This document shows, one piece after another, positions 38,849-48,123 of a stretch of DNA of 64,000 nt. Each line of letters starts with the position of its first letter. The stretch's first letter is position 1. The DNA is from Candidatus Staskawiczbacteria bacterium (GTDB taxonomy: Bacteria; Patescibacteriota; Minisyncoccia; Minisyncoccales; Staskawiczbacteraceae), in NCBI GenBank assembly GCA_963778905.1, contig CAVZWH010000014.1, forward strand, positions 1,254 to 65,253. Direction: 5' to 3'. Position numbers and translations under genes: made by a program. A model generated the notes under the pieces. It was given only the letters and a program-made list of their open reading frames with translations, was not told the DNA's origin and did no database searches.

Positions 38849-38972
38849 CCCCGTTAGAAGTCTGACTACTAAAAATGAGCATTTACTAAGCAGAATATTG
38901 AAAATCAATTATTTCAGCGTATATGAAAAATAATTTATATAAATTATTTTTCATCAAGGACTTCTAACGGGG
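38849..38972. mobile_element. MITE-like element, copy B (124 bp)
   Basis: TIRs CCCCGTTAGAAGTC / GACTTCTAACGGGG; TCAA direct repeats at 38845-38848 and 38973-38976; internal AT hairpin. Lies 2 nt past the ftsW stop codon. Confidence 0.6.
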
Positions 38973-38978
38973 TCAATA

Positions 38979-40070
38979 CTATCTTCTGGTTTTTATTGAT
39001 TGCAAAATACCGAGTGAAATAAAATTACCTATTAAGCCCGAACCGCCGTAACTGATAAACGGCAAATAAATTCCTACAACCGGCAGCAAAGATAAATTCA
39101 TTCCAATATTAATAAAAAATTGGACTGTTAAAATTATTGCAAACCCCGAGGCAAAAAGACGCGGAAAGTTTGACTTAGATTCAATTGCAATTTTTAGAAC
39201 GCGCCAGACCAAAAATCCATAAATTATAAATAATGCTAAAACTCCAATCATTCCCCACTCTTCTGCAATTACAGAAAAAATAAAATCAGTGTGGGGCTCG
39301 GGCAAAAATCCGTATTGCACCTGGCTTCCTTTTGCCAAGCCTTGGCCAAAAATTTGGCCGGAGCCAATTGAAATTTTTGTCTGGTTCTGGCTCCACGAAG
39401 CTCCCAAATAATCATAAGGAAATAAAAAAGCAGTTATTCTTTGTTTTTGATAATCCTTTAATAAAAAATGCCACGAAAACCCAGCTACCAACACAAAACA
39501 TATAGAAAGAATTAAAAAGTGTTTTATTTTAATTCCAGATATCAATAAAATTCCCAGCCATATTAATAACAAAACCATAGTTCCGCCCAAATCCGGTTTT
39601 ATAAAAACAAAAATTGCCAGCGGCAAAACGTACAAGCCCGAAAAAATAATATGCCTGAATTTATACATTTCAACGTGCCTCATTGAAAAATATTTTGCCA
39701 GCAAAACCACCAAAACAATTTTTGTCGGCTCAATCGGGTCCAAAGACAAAAGCCCAACCTTGTACCAGCCTCTTGTTCCCCTGATTACCGGAGCAAAAAA
39801 ATGAAGGCCAGCCAACAAAAATAAACATATTCCGTACAAAATTAAAATTAAATAAGAATTATTTCTTAATATTCTGTAATCAAAAAAACTTACAGCAATC
39901 ATGACTAAAAATCCAAACGCAAAAAAAATAATTTGCTTTTCAAAATTTGAAAAATTGTTTTTTGCCACGCAGGTGCTATAAATTGCAGCCAAACCAAAAC
40001 AAACCAGCAAAAATGCTGGAATTGTTAGTCCCCAATCAAGTTTTTTTAATTGACTCGTTAAAACACCCAT
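38979..40070 (-). CDS. SEDS-family peptidoglycan glycosyltransferase (FtsW/RodA)
   Basis: 363 aa; about 10 TM helices; family strings (GTRGWY, EPTKI, PEPHTDFIFSVIAEEWG, LPFISYGGS). Confidence 0.85.
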   Translation of the reverse strand: MGVLTSQLKKLDWGLTIPAFLLVCFGLAAIYSTCVAKNNFSNFEKQIIFFAFGFLVMIAVSFFDYRILRNNSYLILILYGICLFLLAGLHFFAPVIRGTRGWYKVGLLSLDPIEPTKIVLVVLLAKYFSMRHVEMYKFRHIIFSGLYVLPLAIFVFIKPDLGGTMVLLLIWLGILLISGIKIKHFLILSICFVLVAGFSWHFLLKDYQKQRITAFLFPYDYLGASWSQNQTKISIGSGQIFGQGLAKGSQVQYGFLPEPHTDFIFSVIAEEWGMIGVLALFIIYGFLVWRVLKIAIESKSNFPRLFASGFAIILTVQFFINIGMNLSLLPVVGIYLPFISYGGSGLIGNFISLGILQSIKTRR

Positions 40071-40133
40071 TCTATTTTACCCAGTTAAATAAAATCCTTC
40101 GGGATTTTAATTTTTAGTATTACTAAAAATTAT

Positions 40134-42134
40134 TTAACCAGGGTGAATCAGTTTCAAAAATTCCTGTTCATCCAAGATTTTTACTCCCAATTTTTTTGCT
40201 TTTTCCGCCTTGTTTCCCGACTCTGAGCCTTGCACAACGTAATCTGTTTTTGAAGACACAGATTCGGAAACATCTCCGCCAAGCTCTCTTATTTTTGCCC
40301 GGGCTTCATCCCGCGACATTTTTTCCAAACTTCCGGTTAAAACAAATGTTTTTCCTTTCAATTTGTCGCTTCCGGCTTTTGGTTTTGGATTTGTAATTTT
40401 AACTTTTTTTTCTAATTTTTCCAAAAATTTTAAGTTGTCTTTTTCTTTGAACCATTCGTAAATTGATTTTGATACAACCGGCCCAATATCCAAAATTTTC
40501 TCAAAATCTTCCAATTTTGCCTTTCTTATTTTTTTAATTGAGCCAAAATATTTTGCCAAATCAATTGCGGTTTTTTCTCCCACATTTCTAATTCCTAAAG
40601 CATAAATAAATTTTGCCAAAGTAATTTCTTTTTTATCCTGAATTGATTTTATTAAATTTTCCGCTGATTTTTCCGCAAACCTCTCTAAATTTTTGACATC
40701 TCCTTCTTTCAATTCAAACAAATCGCTTGGATTTTGCACCAAACCTTCGTCCAATAATCTATCAATAATTTTTGGCCCCAATCCATCAATATTAAAAGCA
40801 ATGCGCGAAACAAAATGATAAAAATTTCTTCTTTTTTGCGCAAAACAATTTTTATTTGGGCACCTTAAAAGAACTTCTGTTTCTAATTTTATCAGCTTTG
40901 TTCCGCAAGCCGGACATTTTTTTGGCATTTTGAATTTTTTTTCATGTCCGGTTCTTAATTCCGGCAAAACTTTTATAATATCCGGAATAACGTCTCCTGC
41001 CCTGCCCACAATTACTGTGTCCCCAATTTTTAATCCCAATCTTTTTATTTCATCTTCGTTGTGCAAGGTTGCTCTGGTAATTGTAATTCCTGTAACTTGC
41101 ACCGGCTCTAAAATCGCAACCGGAGTCATGGCTCCGGTTCTGCCAACTTGAACTGTGATTCCTAAAACTTTTGTGGTTGCTTGGACTTGAGGAAACTTAA
41201 AGGCAATTGCTCCCCTCGGCGCTTTTCCGACAACTCCCAATTTTTCAAAAATTTCATTATCATTTACCAAAACAACAACGCCGTCAATTTCATAATCCAA
41301 TTTTTCTCTTTCTTTTATCCAATGCTCGCGGAATTTCAAAATTTCTTCCAAATTTTTGCAATATTTATTATGTTTGTTTGTCTTAAATCCTAAATCTTTT
41401 AATATCTTATGCTTGTCTTCATGAGTTTTTTGGCCAAGGTCAGTCAGCAATTCGTAGGCAAATGAATCTAATTTTCTGCCAGCAGTAATTTTTGGGTCTA
41501 ACTGCCTCACAGAACCCGCCGCAATATTTCTTGGATTTGCATAAACCGCTAAACCCTTTTCTTTTTGTAACTTATTCATTTTCTCAAATTCTTTTTTGGT
41601 AACAAAAACTTCACCGCGGACAATTATTTCCCGCTTGTCATCAATTTTTAGCGGAATTGCCTCAACTGTTTTTAAGTTTTGAGTTATGTCTTCTCCAATG
41701 TTTCCATCCCCTCTTGTGGCGCCTGTTTGCAAAAGTCCGTCTTTGTAAATTAATTCAATGGCCAATCCGTCAATTTTTAATTCGCAATAGAAATCTATTT
41801 TATTTTTTTCATTTTCAGCAACTAATTTTACAAATCTTTCCTGCCAGTCTTCCATGTCTTCTTTGGAAAACGCATCGTTGAAAGAAAGCATTCTTTGAAG
41901 ATGCTTTACTTTTTTGAATTCCTTTAAGGGCTCTCCCCCTACTCTTTGCGTTGGCGAATCAGGAGTTATTAAATCAGGATATTTTTGTTCTAAATCAAAA
42001 AGCTCCTTTTTCAAGGAGTCCAAGGCAGAGTCAGATATCTCTTGTTTGTCTAAAACATGATAAAGATACCTGTGGTGGTTTATAACCTCTCTTAATTTAT
42101 TTATTCGTTGTTGGTACTGATATTTGTTGTCCAT
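40134..42134 (-). CDS. ligA: NAD-dependent DNA ligase
   Basis: KxDG adenylation motif (ELKIDGLA), Zn finger (CPACGTKL..CPNKNC), HhH and BRCT. Start moved to MDNKYQYQQRINKLREVI. Confidence 0.95.
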   Translation of the reverse strand: MDNKYQYQQRINKLREVINHHRYLYHVLDKQEISDSALDSLKKELFDLEQKYPDLITPDSPTQRVGGEPLKEFKKVKHLQRMLSFNDAFSKEDMEDWQERFVKLVAENEKNKIDFYCELKIDGLAIELIYKDGLLQTGATRGDGNIGEDITQNLKTVEAIPLKIDDKREIIVRGEVFVTKKEFEKMNKLQKEKGLAVYANPRNIAAGSVRQLDPKITAGRKLDSFAYELLTDLGQKTHEDKHKILKDLGFKTNKHNKYCKNLEEILKFREHWIKEREKLDYEIDGVVVLVNDNEIFEKLGVVGKAPRGAIAFKFPQVQATTKVLGITVQVGRTGAMTPVAILEPVQVTGITITRATLHNEDEIKRLGLKIGDTVIVGRAGDVIPDIIKVLPELRTGHEKKFKMPKKCPACGTKLIKLETEVLLRCPNKNCFAQKRRNFYHFVSRIAFNIDGLGPKIIDRLLDEGLVQNPSDLFELKEGDVKNLERFAEKSAENLIKSIQDKKEITLAKFIYALGIRNVGEKTAIDLAKYFGSIKKIRKAKLEDFEKILDIGPVVSKSIYEWFKEKDNLKFLEKLEKKVKITNPKPKAGSDKLKGKTFVLTGSLEKMSRDEARAKIRELGGDVSESVSSKTDYVVQGSESGNKAEKAKKLGVKILDEQEFLKLIHPG

Positions 42135-42561
42135 TTTTAATAGCGCTTGCTGAAGCTTGGAATAGAAGAATGCCAAAAGCTTTTGCCACTGATTTATCTT
42201 TAAAATCTATAACTCCAAAAAAACCATTACTGCCGGTCTTATCCATTAACTGAACTTTCATATATCTGTTGTCTTCCAAAGCCAAACCATAATAAAGCGG
42301 CTGCAAACTTTGTCCATTTTGGCCAGCCAAAATATTGTCCCTTGTCAAAATTTCTTTGTCAACTATCTTAAAGTCGCTGTATTTCTGAGTATAATTTTTA
42401 ATATCCTTATTCGTTTCCAAAATTTTTATAATTTCCTCATTGCTTACTGCTGACAAATTTTTTATCTGGCTTTTAGAATTTTTATTTTGGAAAATAAGAT
42501 AGATGCAAACAACAATTAACAATAAAACAACTAACAAAATTATCAATATGTTTTTTTTCAT
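42097..42561 (-). CDS. hypothetical membrane-anchored protein
   Basis: 154 aa with an N-terminal TM helix. No family recognised. Confidence 0.45.
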   Translation of the reverse strand: MKKNILIILLVVLLLIVVCIYLIFQNKNSKSQIKNLSAVSNEEIIKILETNKDIKNYTQKYSDFKIVDKEILTRDNILAGQNGQSLQPLYYGLALEDNRYMKVQLMDKTGSNGFFGVIDFKDKSVAKAFGILLFQASASAIKNGQQISVPTTNK

Positions 42562-42571
42562 AGAAAATCAA

Positions 42572-43294
42572 TTAAAAACTCGGGGTAAATGAGAAGGTAA
42601 AGTTAGGCGAATTATAATTCCAATTGGTATTGCAGTAACATACGCGCACCAGACTGCTTCCTAACGTAGCGCTAGTACTGGCGCCACCACTTGTAGTGTA
42701 ATAACAATCGTTGGTGGAAGGATTATAATAATTATAATTGCTGGTTGCTGTACAAGTAGCGCACGTTCCGCCCATTAAAAAGGCCTCTACGGAACAATCG
42801 CCTTGGGTGTCATCAGTACTTGCCACTGATGCATGATGTGAGCATACATCGTCACAACTCTTATTTTGTCCAGAAGTATTCCATGACGTAAAACATCTCC
42901 AATCAGTGTTCCACCCCGAACAATAAGCAAAATAATAATTACCATCACTAACGTTTTCACCTGGCACTATATATACCTGGTAGGTTGTTCCGCTGGTAAG
43001 ATTAAATAATCCTGACCATATTGTTGTTCCGGCGCAACCTGGAGCAGAAATTGGCACTGGATTGGTAGTTGGGCTTATGGCTGTAAGATTGTTTCCATTA
43101 TTGTCTCTAATATATAAATTAGTGCCATATAGCAAACACCAGTTGTTGTCTGTGGTTCCGCTATTATATCCAGGTGCTTGAGCTGAAGCAATAGTTACTC
43201 CTACAAAATATTGAGCCGTGGTAGCTCCAACTTTTCCTGCCGGAATAATTATTAAAAAAGCTAAAAAAATGAGCAATAATATTTTTTTTGTCAT
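42572..43294 (-). CDS. secreted Cys/Asn/Thr-rich hypothetical protein
   Basis: 240 aa; signal peptide and many Cys in the C-terminal half. Confidence 0.5.
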   Translation of the reverse strand: MTKKILLLIFLAFLIIIPAGKVGATTAQYFVGVTIASAQAPGYNSGTTDNNWCLLYGTNLYIRDNNGNNLTAISPTTNPVPISAPGCAGTTIWSGLFNLTSGTTYQVYIVPGENVSDGNYYFAYCSGWNTDWRCFTSWNTSGQNKSCDDVCSHHASVASTDDTQGDCSVEAFLMGGTCATCTATSNYNYYNPSTNDCYYTTSGGASTSATLGSSLVRVCYCNTNWNYNSPNFTFSFTPSF

Positions 43295-43319
43295 AATATT
43301 ATTTTTTTAAAATTTAATA

Positions 43320-43751
43320 TTAAATTGCTTTCATTGATACCCATTCAATTTTATTGTCTTGTGTAAATCTTCCTTGAATCTGGACTTTATCACCATTTTT
43401 AACTCCAAAAGATCCGTAAATAGCTTCGGGCTGATCCGGCGATATAGTATATTCTTTTCCATCACTGGTTTTAATTGTAGCTTTAACTGTACTGCCCTTA
43501 CCTGAAAAATTAATTGTTCCAGTTATTGTTTCTGGATAATTTTTGTTATTTTGCGCTGTAATTTCTTCTGGAGTAAGCTGCTTAACTTTTTGGGGAGGAG
43601 GTGGCGTTGCATTTTTTGCACCATTTTTAACCTGATTGGTTGCGGTTTTTGGAAGATTAAAATTATCATTAACCAAATAATAAATACCTACACCAACTGC
43701 AATTAATATTAAAATAACTATTACTATGATAACTATTTTTTTATTTTCCAT
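43320..43751 (-). CDS. hypothetical membrane-anchored protein
   Basis: 143 aa with an N-terminal TM helix. Confidence 0.45.
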   Translation of the reverse strand: MENKKIVIIVIVILILIAVGVGIYYLVNDNFNLPKTATNQVKNGAKNATPPPPQKVKQLTPEEITAQNNKNYPETITGTINFSGKGSTVKATIKTSDGKEYTISPDQPEAIYGSFGVKNGDKVQIQGRFTQDNKIEWVSMKAI

Positions 43752-43805
43752 GTTTTTTAATTAATATTTTTTAATTATAACATATTTAAAATTTATGCAA
43801 AATAA

Positions 43806-45740
43806 CTAGTGCGAAGTTGCAATTGTTGGCACCTGTATACACAATGCCTCAGACCCCGAATTCTGACATAATCCTGAAACAGTTAACGATGCTGTTTTGT
43901 ACGACGGAGACAAACCGAGCAGGTTGTCGCCCTGGTAAACTGCTTCTAAGGTGTGAGTTCCTGAGAAGGACGGAGTGTAGGTGTAGGTGGCTGTGCCACT
44001 TGAGTTTGTGGTAACAGGAGTGCTGTTGATGAGGGTTGCAGAATCATTGTCTCTAAATGTAATTGGTTCGCCTGCAACAGCTGAAGACAGCGTGGCTGTC
44101 AGAGTTACTGCGGTTCCCACTGAAATGCTTGATGAGCTTAAAGTAAAGGTGTTGATGGTAGTTGGGTTGCTCTGGGCCGGAGTCTGCACGCACAATATCT
44201 CAGAGCCCGAGGTTGAACAGCTGCCGGAAATGGCAAGCTGGGCTGTTTTGTACGACGGAGACAAACCGAGCAGGTTGTCGCCCTGGTAAACTGCTTCTAA
44301 GGTGTGAGTTCCTGAGAAGGACGGAGTGTAGGTGTAGGTGGCTGTGCCACTTGAGTTTGTGGTAACAGGAGTGCTGTTGATGAGGGTTGCAGAATCATTG
44401 TCTCTAAATGTAATTGGTTCGCCTGCAACAGCTGAAGACAGCGTGGCTGTCAGAGTTACTGCGGTTCCCACTGAAATGCTTGATGAGCTTAAAGTAAAGG
44501 TGTTGATGGTAGTTGGGTTGCTCTGGGCCGGAGTCTGCACGCACAATATCTCAGAGCCCGAGGTTGAACAGCTGCCGGAAATGGCAAGCTGGGCTGTTTT
44601 GTACGACGGAGACAAACCGAGCAGGTTGTCGCCCTGGTAAACTGCTTCTAAGGTGTGAGTTCCTGAGAAGGACGGAGTGTAGGTGTAGGTGGCTGTGCCA
44701 CTTGAGTTTGTGGTAACAGGAGTGCTGTTGATGAGGGTTGCAGAATCATTGTCTCTAAATGTAATTGGTTCGCCTGCCACAGCTGAAGACAGCGTGGCTG
44801 TCAGAGTTACTGCGGTTCCCACTGAAATGCTTGATGAGCTTAAAGTAAAGGTGTTGATGGTTGTTGGGTTGCTTGGCGGTGGTATCTGTACACATAACAA
44901 CATAGATCCTGAGGTGGCCAGCACACCACAACCTGTTACATTAAAAGGCCCTATTTGAGATTGAGACGGCAGAGTTTCTATTTGAGCGTCCCCATTATAT
45001 TTGGCCTGAATAGTAATATTGCCTGTTGCGCTAAAAGTAATATAATAATATGCTCTAGCTACTCCGAGAGAATCAGTGGTTGCTGTTCCTATGGTAATTG
45101 GCGAACCTGGATTTGTTATGTCAGTAAAAGTGATTGTTTGGCCAGCTATTACCGGACCATTTGTGTATTTCAAAGCAGCCGAAAGATTAATTGTAGAACC
45201 CTGTGTTATTGGTAAAGGAGAAGCTGTAAAATTAATTATTTGGGTTTGCGCTGCGTTGCTTATGACAAAACTTGTTATATGATTATAATCTGTTCCTGAA
45301 GATTCTTGCATGCTGTTATTTAACAAATTATCTGTCGCAGAAATGTCAACCCAGTAAGTGGCGTTGGGATCCCAAACAGAAGTATTAGAAACATCAATAA
45401 TCAAGCCAAAAGTGCCGTCTCCGGCGGCGCCATCGCGATGCGAGCCGTCGTCGGACATTGTGCCATCTATAGAATATACGTCATTCATATATTGCACAGG
45501 ACTGCTGTTGGGCACCTCAATGTTTGCTACTGAAGAGTAAACTCCGGAAACATCCGTGACATCAGCCGTTATAACAATAAAATTAGAATATTTATAAACT
45601 TTAACGTTTGCAACGCTTGGATATGCAGTTCCGCCGGGAGGGACAACTTCAAAAGTTGGCATGGCATAACATGCATTAAAAGAAAAACAGAAAATAAGCG
45701 ATACAAAAATTAAAATTGTATAAAAGAAAAACTTTCTCAT
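43806..45740 (-). CDS. secreted Ig-like-repeat surface protein (candidate pilus-associated adhesin)
   Basis: 644 aa; signal peptide; four Ig-like modules, of which the last three are near-identical 117-aa repeats. Immediately downstream of the minor pilin genes. Confidence 0.7.
   Translation of the reverse strand: MRKFFFYTILIFVSLIFCFSFNACYAMPTFEVVPPGGTAYPSVANVKVYKYSNFIVITADVTDVSGVYSSVANIEVPNSSPVQYMNDVYSIDGTMSDDGSHRDGAAGDGTFGLIIDVSNTSVWDPNATYWVDISATDNLLNNSMQESSGTDYNHITSFVISNAAQTQIINFTASPLPITQGSTINLSAALKYTNGPVIAGQTITFTDITNPGSPITIGTATTDSLGVARAYYYITFSATGNITIQAKYNGDAQIETLPSQSQIGPFNVTGCGVLATSGSMLLCVQIPPPSNPTTINTFTLSSSSISVGTAVTLTATLSSAVAGEPITFRDNDSATLINSTPVTTNSSGTATYTYTPSFSGTHTLEAVYQGDNLLGLSPSYKTAQLAISGSCSTSGSEILCVQTPAQSNPTTINTFTLSSSSISVGTAVTLTATLSSAVAGEPITFRDNDSATLINSTPVTTNSSGTATYTYTPSFSGTHTLEAVYQGDNLLGLSPSYKTAQLAISGSCSTSGSEILCVQTPAQSNPTTINTFTLSSSSISVGTAVTLTATLSSAVAGEPITFRDNDSATLINSTPVTTNSSGTATYTYTPSFSGTHTLEAVYQGDNLLGLSPSYKTASLTVSGLCQNSGSEALCIQVPTIATSH
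43885..44880. repeat. tandem repeat, 351-bp unit, about 2.8 copies
   Basis: Shadow ORFs at 43987, 44338 and 44689 are spaced 351 nt apart, and the first two are identical over 100 aa. I saw one synonymous difference (44778 C versus A). Confidence 0.9.
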
Positions 45741-45748
45741 CTTTTTAA

Positions 45749-46609
45749 TTATGGCATATATGGAGGAATATTTGTAGCTAAAAATTCTATGTTGTGTCCG
45801 TCAATAATATCAATGTCTACATAATAGACGCCTGAAGGAAATGTTTGCGAACCTATGCAATTGCGATCCTGAAAGCCCATACCACAAGTAAGAGGCACCG
45901 CAGTCCAAGTGGTGGCATCCGGAGAATTTTTGATATGAGCTGTTACTGTGCTTATGCCATTGGGACTTTTAACTTCTGTTTGAATATCAATTGCTACTCC
46001 GTTTGGCACAGACCTCGGAGTTGCAATTGCATAAACCACAGTAATTACTTGCTGCGGAGTTGCTTTTGTAATAAATATATTAATTGCCCTTGTCACATCT
46101 TTATAAGAACCGGCAGAATTAATACTGAAATCAGTGGATTCTCCATCTGGATCGGGCGAAACTGTGGCTTTTACGACATAACTCTTGTCGTCATTTACAT
46201 TAGTAGAAAAATCTATTTCGCAATTGTTGCATTTGTCAACATCACAACCGTCGGGATTGGTTGGATCTATAACTCCCATATAAGGACTTGTAGCTGGTGA
46301 AACCGCGTTGCAACTCAGTGGGCTAGAATCTGCAAGGCAAGGATTTGGATTATTTGTAGCATCCAGCGGACGAAGCATTGAACACAAACCTCTTACGGCG
46401 CCATCTGGTATTACTTGCTTGTCGTAAAAAAGAACTTTTTCAACTCCGCTGTCAGCAGCGTAAAAAGCAATTACAGAATTTCCTATATTTCTTATGACTT
46501 TAATTTGGCTATATAAAAGTGTGCTTATGGCTAAAACCACAGCTAATATAATTATCATTATAAAAAAAGTAATAATTAATGAAATGCCTTTTTGTTTATC
46601 TGCAATCAT
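45749..46609 (-). CDS. PilX-N-like minor pilin / pilus-associated protein
   Basis: 286 aa; MIADKQKG|ISLIITFFIMIIIL pseudopilin-like N-terminus. Confidence 0.5.
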   Translation of the reverse strand: MIADKQKGISLIITFFIMIIILAVVLAISTLLYSQIKVIRNIGNSVIAFYAADSGVEKVLFYDKQVIPDGAVRGLCSMLRPLDATNNPNPCLADSSPLSCNAVSPATSPYMGVIDPTNPDGCDVDKCNNCEIDFSTNVNDDKSYVVKATVSPDPDGESTDFSINSAGSYKDVTRAINIFITKATPQQVITVVYAIATPRSVPNGVAIDIQTEVKSPNGISTVTAHIKNSPDATTWTAVPLTCGMGFQDRNCIGSQTFPSGVYYVDIDIIDGHNIEFLATNIPPYMP

Positions 46610-46611
46610 TT

Positions 46612-47346
46612 TTATTGTGCGTTAAGATTTCTTTGTGAGACCGTTGTTTGGATTGTTCTTGTCGGCTCTTGGCTGTCTCCTGGAATTTGGATTTGCATAG
46701 TAACGGTTACTCTTGGCTGAAAATATTCTAAGCCGGTGTCTTGGTCGTCAATAGGATAACCAGCGCCATAAATTCCATTAAACCCGTCTATTCCAAACCT
46801 GATTGAATTTATATTAAGCTCTTTTGAAGTAAGAGCCACTGCGTTTTCGTCGCCAACTTTGGCATAGGGCGAGTATGTTTTTAATTCTTTCAAAATATAC
46901 GGAGTTGAGCTTGTGTCTAAATAAAATTCTTGGCAAACGGGAACTCCTGAATTATCTGTATTGGATTGGTTCAAAAATTTTATGCCGGTAAAAAAACTGG
47001 CGCCGGAAATGGTAACTGGCCTGGTGAGCAGATATGTGTATCCTGAATAATATGTCTCGGGATTCGGGCTTAAAGAAGAGTTATCAACAAGACAATTTCC
47101 CGCAGTATCTTTTGTCGCCATTCTCATTGCTTTTGACATATATTCTTCAACATAACTCACTTGATTCAAAAGTTCCTGCTCGGCCAAAATTTTCTTCTGG
47201 TGCTGAACAATTGAAATAAAAATTCCTATAGCAGCTCCGATGACAAACATAAATACGCCCATAACCACAATCAATTCTATTAAAGTAAACCCCGTTAGAA
47301 GTTTGCCATCCTTAGAATATTTTTTTGTAGTTATTGATGATTTCAT
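46612..47346 (-). CDS. minor type IV pilin (PilW-like) whose leader is encoded by a MITE-like element
   Basis: Starts at ATG 47346: MKSSITTKKYSKDGKLLTG|FTLIELIVVMGVFMFVIGAAIG. The ORF-track TTG start at 47406 is inside the element and less likely. Confidence 0.7.
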   Translation of the reverse strand: MKSSITTKKYSKDGKLLTGFTLIELIVVMGVFMFVIGAAIGIFISIVQHQKKILAEQELLNQVSYVEEYMSKAMRMATKDTAGNCLVDNSSLSPNPETYYSGYTYLLTRPVTISGASFFTGIKFLNQSNTDNSGVPVCQEFYLDTSSTPYILKELKTYSPYAKVGDENAVALTSKELNINSIRFGIDGFNGIYGAGYPIDDQDTGLEYFQPRVTVTMQIQIPGDSQEPTRTIQTTVSQRNLNAQ

Positions 47347-47419
47347 TGTTAATTTGTGGCGGTAGAAGTCCAGCTGGACTTCTACCGCGATATTATTTAA
47401 TCGCAAACTTCTAACGGGG
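47290..47419 (-). mobile_element. MITE-like element, copy C1 (130 bp), inside the 5' end of a pilin gene
   Basis: TIRs CCCCGTTAGAAGTTTG / CAAACTTCTAACGGGG; TAAA direct repeats at 47286-47289 and 47420-47423; 100% identical to copy C2. Confidence 0.7.
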
Positions 47420-47450
47420 TAAACCTTTTGATTTTCTCTGCATTTTGAAA

Positions 47451-48050
47451 TTAACTATTATAGTTGTACCAATTATAAAAATATTCTTCTGCTGTAATAG
47501 AGCCGGGAGCGCCAGTTGGATTCAAAACATTTGGCTTTTCATCCCAATAAACAGTGACAGCAATTTTTGCAACGTAATCAATGCCAGGTAAAAAACTTAC
47601 TAAAATTTGCCTCCTAAATTTTGTCTTCTGGCCGCTGCTGTAATTATAAAATCCGTTTGTATCTATTTTCAAATAATCATTTTGGTATGTAGCCATTGCA
47701 AAAGGTACTGTTGCGCCCGAACCAGTTGTGTAATCTGCTTCGCATCCTCCAATATCGCTTGTGCAAGCAGAAAGGCTTTGAAGCCAATCAGTGGTGGTGC
47801 CAGAATCCGAGGCAAGCCAGTTGGTATCTCTTATATTTCTTGCTATCTCTATGCCCTCCTGAGCTAAATAAGCTGCTGTAAGACGGTCGGAGGCATCGGC
47901 AGTTAAAACAACTATCATGGAAAAAGCGCCATAAATGCCCACAATAGCAACGGACAAAATAAAAATAGAAATAATCAGTTCAATAATTGTAAACCCCGTT
48001 AGAAGTTTGCCATCCTTAGAATATTTTTTTGTAGTTATTGATGATTTCAT
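47451..48050 (-). CDS. minor type IV pilin (PilV-like) whose leader is encoded by a MITE-like element
   Basis: Starts at ATG 48050: MKSSITTKKYSKDGKLLTG|FTIIELIISIFILSVAIVGIYGAF. Confidence 0.7.
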   Translation of the reverse strand: MKSSITTKKYSKDGKLLTGFTIIELIISIFILSVAIVGIYGAFSMIVVLTADASDRLTAAYLAQEGIEIARNIRDTNWLASDSGTTTDWLQSLSACTSDIGGCEADYTTGSGATVPFAMATYQNDYLKIDTNGFYNYSSGQKTKFRRQILVSFLPGIDYVAKIAVTVYWDEKPNVLNPTGAPGSITAEEYFYNWYNYNS

Positions 48051-48123
48051 TGTTAATTTGTGGCGGTAGAAGTCCAGCTGGACTTCTACCGCGATATTAT
48101 TTAATCGCAAACTTCTAACGGGG
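47994..48123 (-). mobile_element. MITE-like element, copy C2 (130 bp), inside the 5' end of a pilin gene
   Basis: Same sequence as C1; TAAA direct repeats at 47990-47993 and 48124-48127. Confidence 0.7.

Noticed and set aside
43817-45282. Regularly spaced repeated + strand ORFs (period 351 nt), considered as a possible CRISPR-like or cassette array.
   Set aside because: The repeat unit is 351 bp with no short repeat/spacer structure, and it lies in frame inside one long minus-strand gene. These are shadow ORFs of a coding tandem repeat.
47347-47406. ORF-track N-terminal extension MRLNNIAVEVQLDFYRHKLT, also present at 48051..48110.
   Set aside because: It starts at a TTG inside the element and reads straight through its 30-nt perfect palindrome. 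The downstream ATG gives a plausible basic 19-aa prepilin leader. The extension cannot be excluded without data.
47290-47422. The idea that the 130-nt pilin insertions are self-splicing introns, since removing 133 nt would restore MQRKSKG|FTLIEL exactly.
   Set aside because: The insertions are far too small for group I or II introns, and I see no recognisable intron motifs. The same termini occur in intergenic copies with clean 4-bp direct repeats, which fits transposition. The 1-nt discrepancy remains unexplained, so this rejection is provisional.
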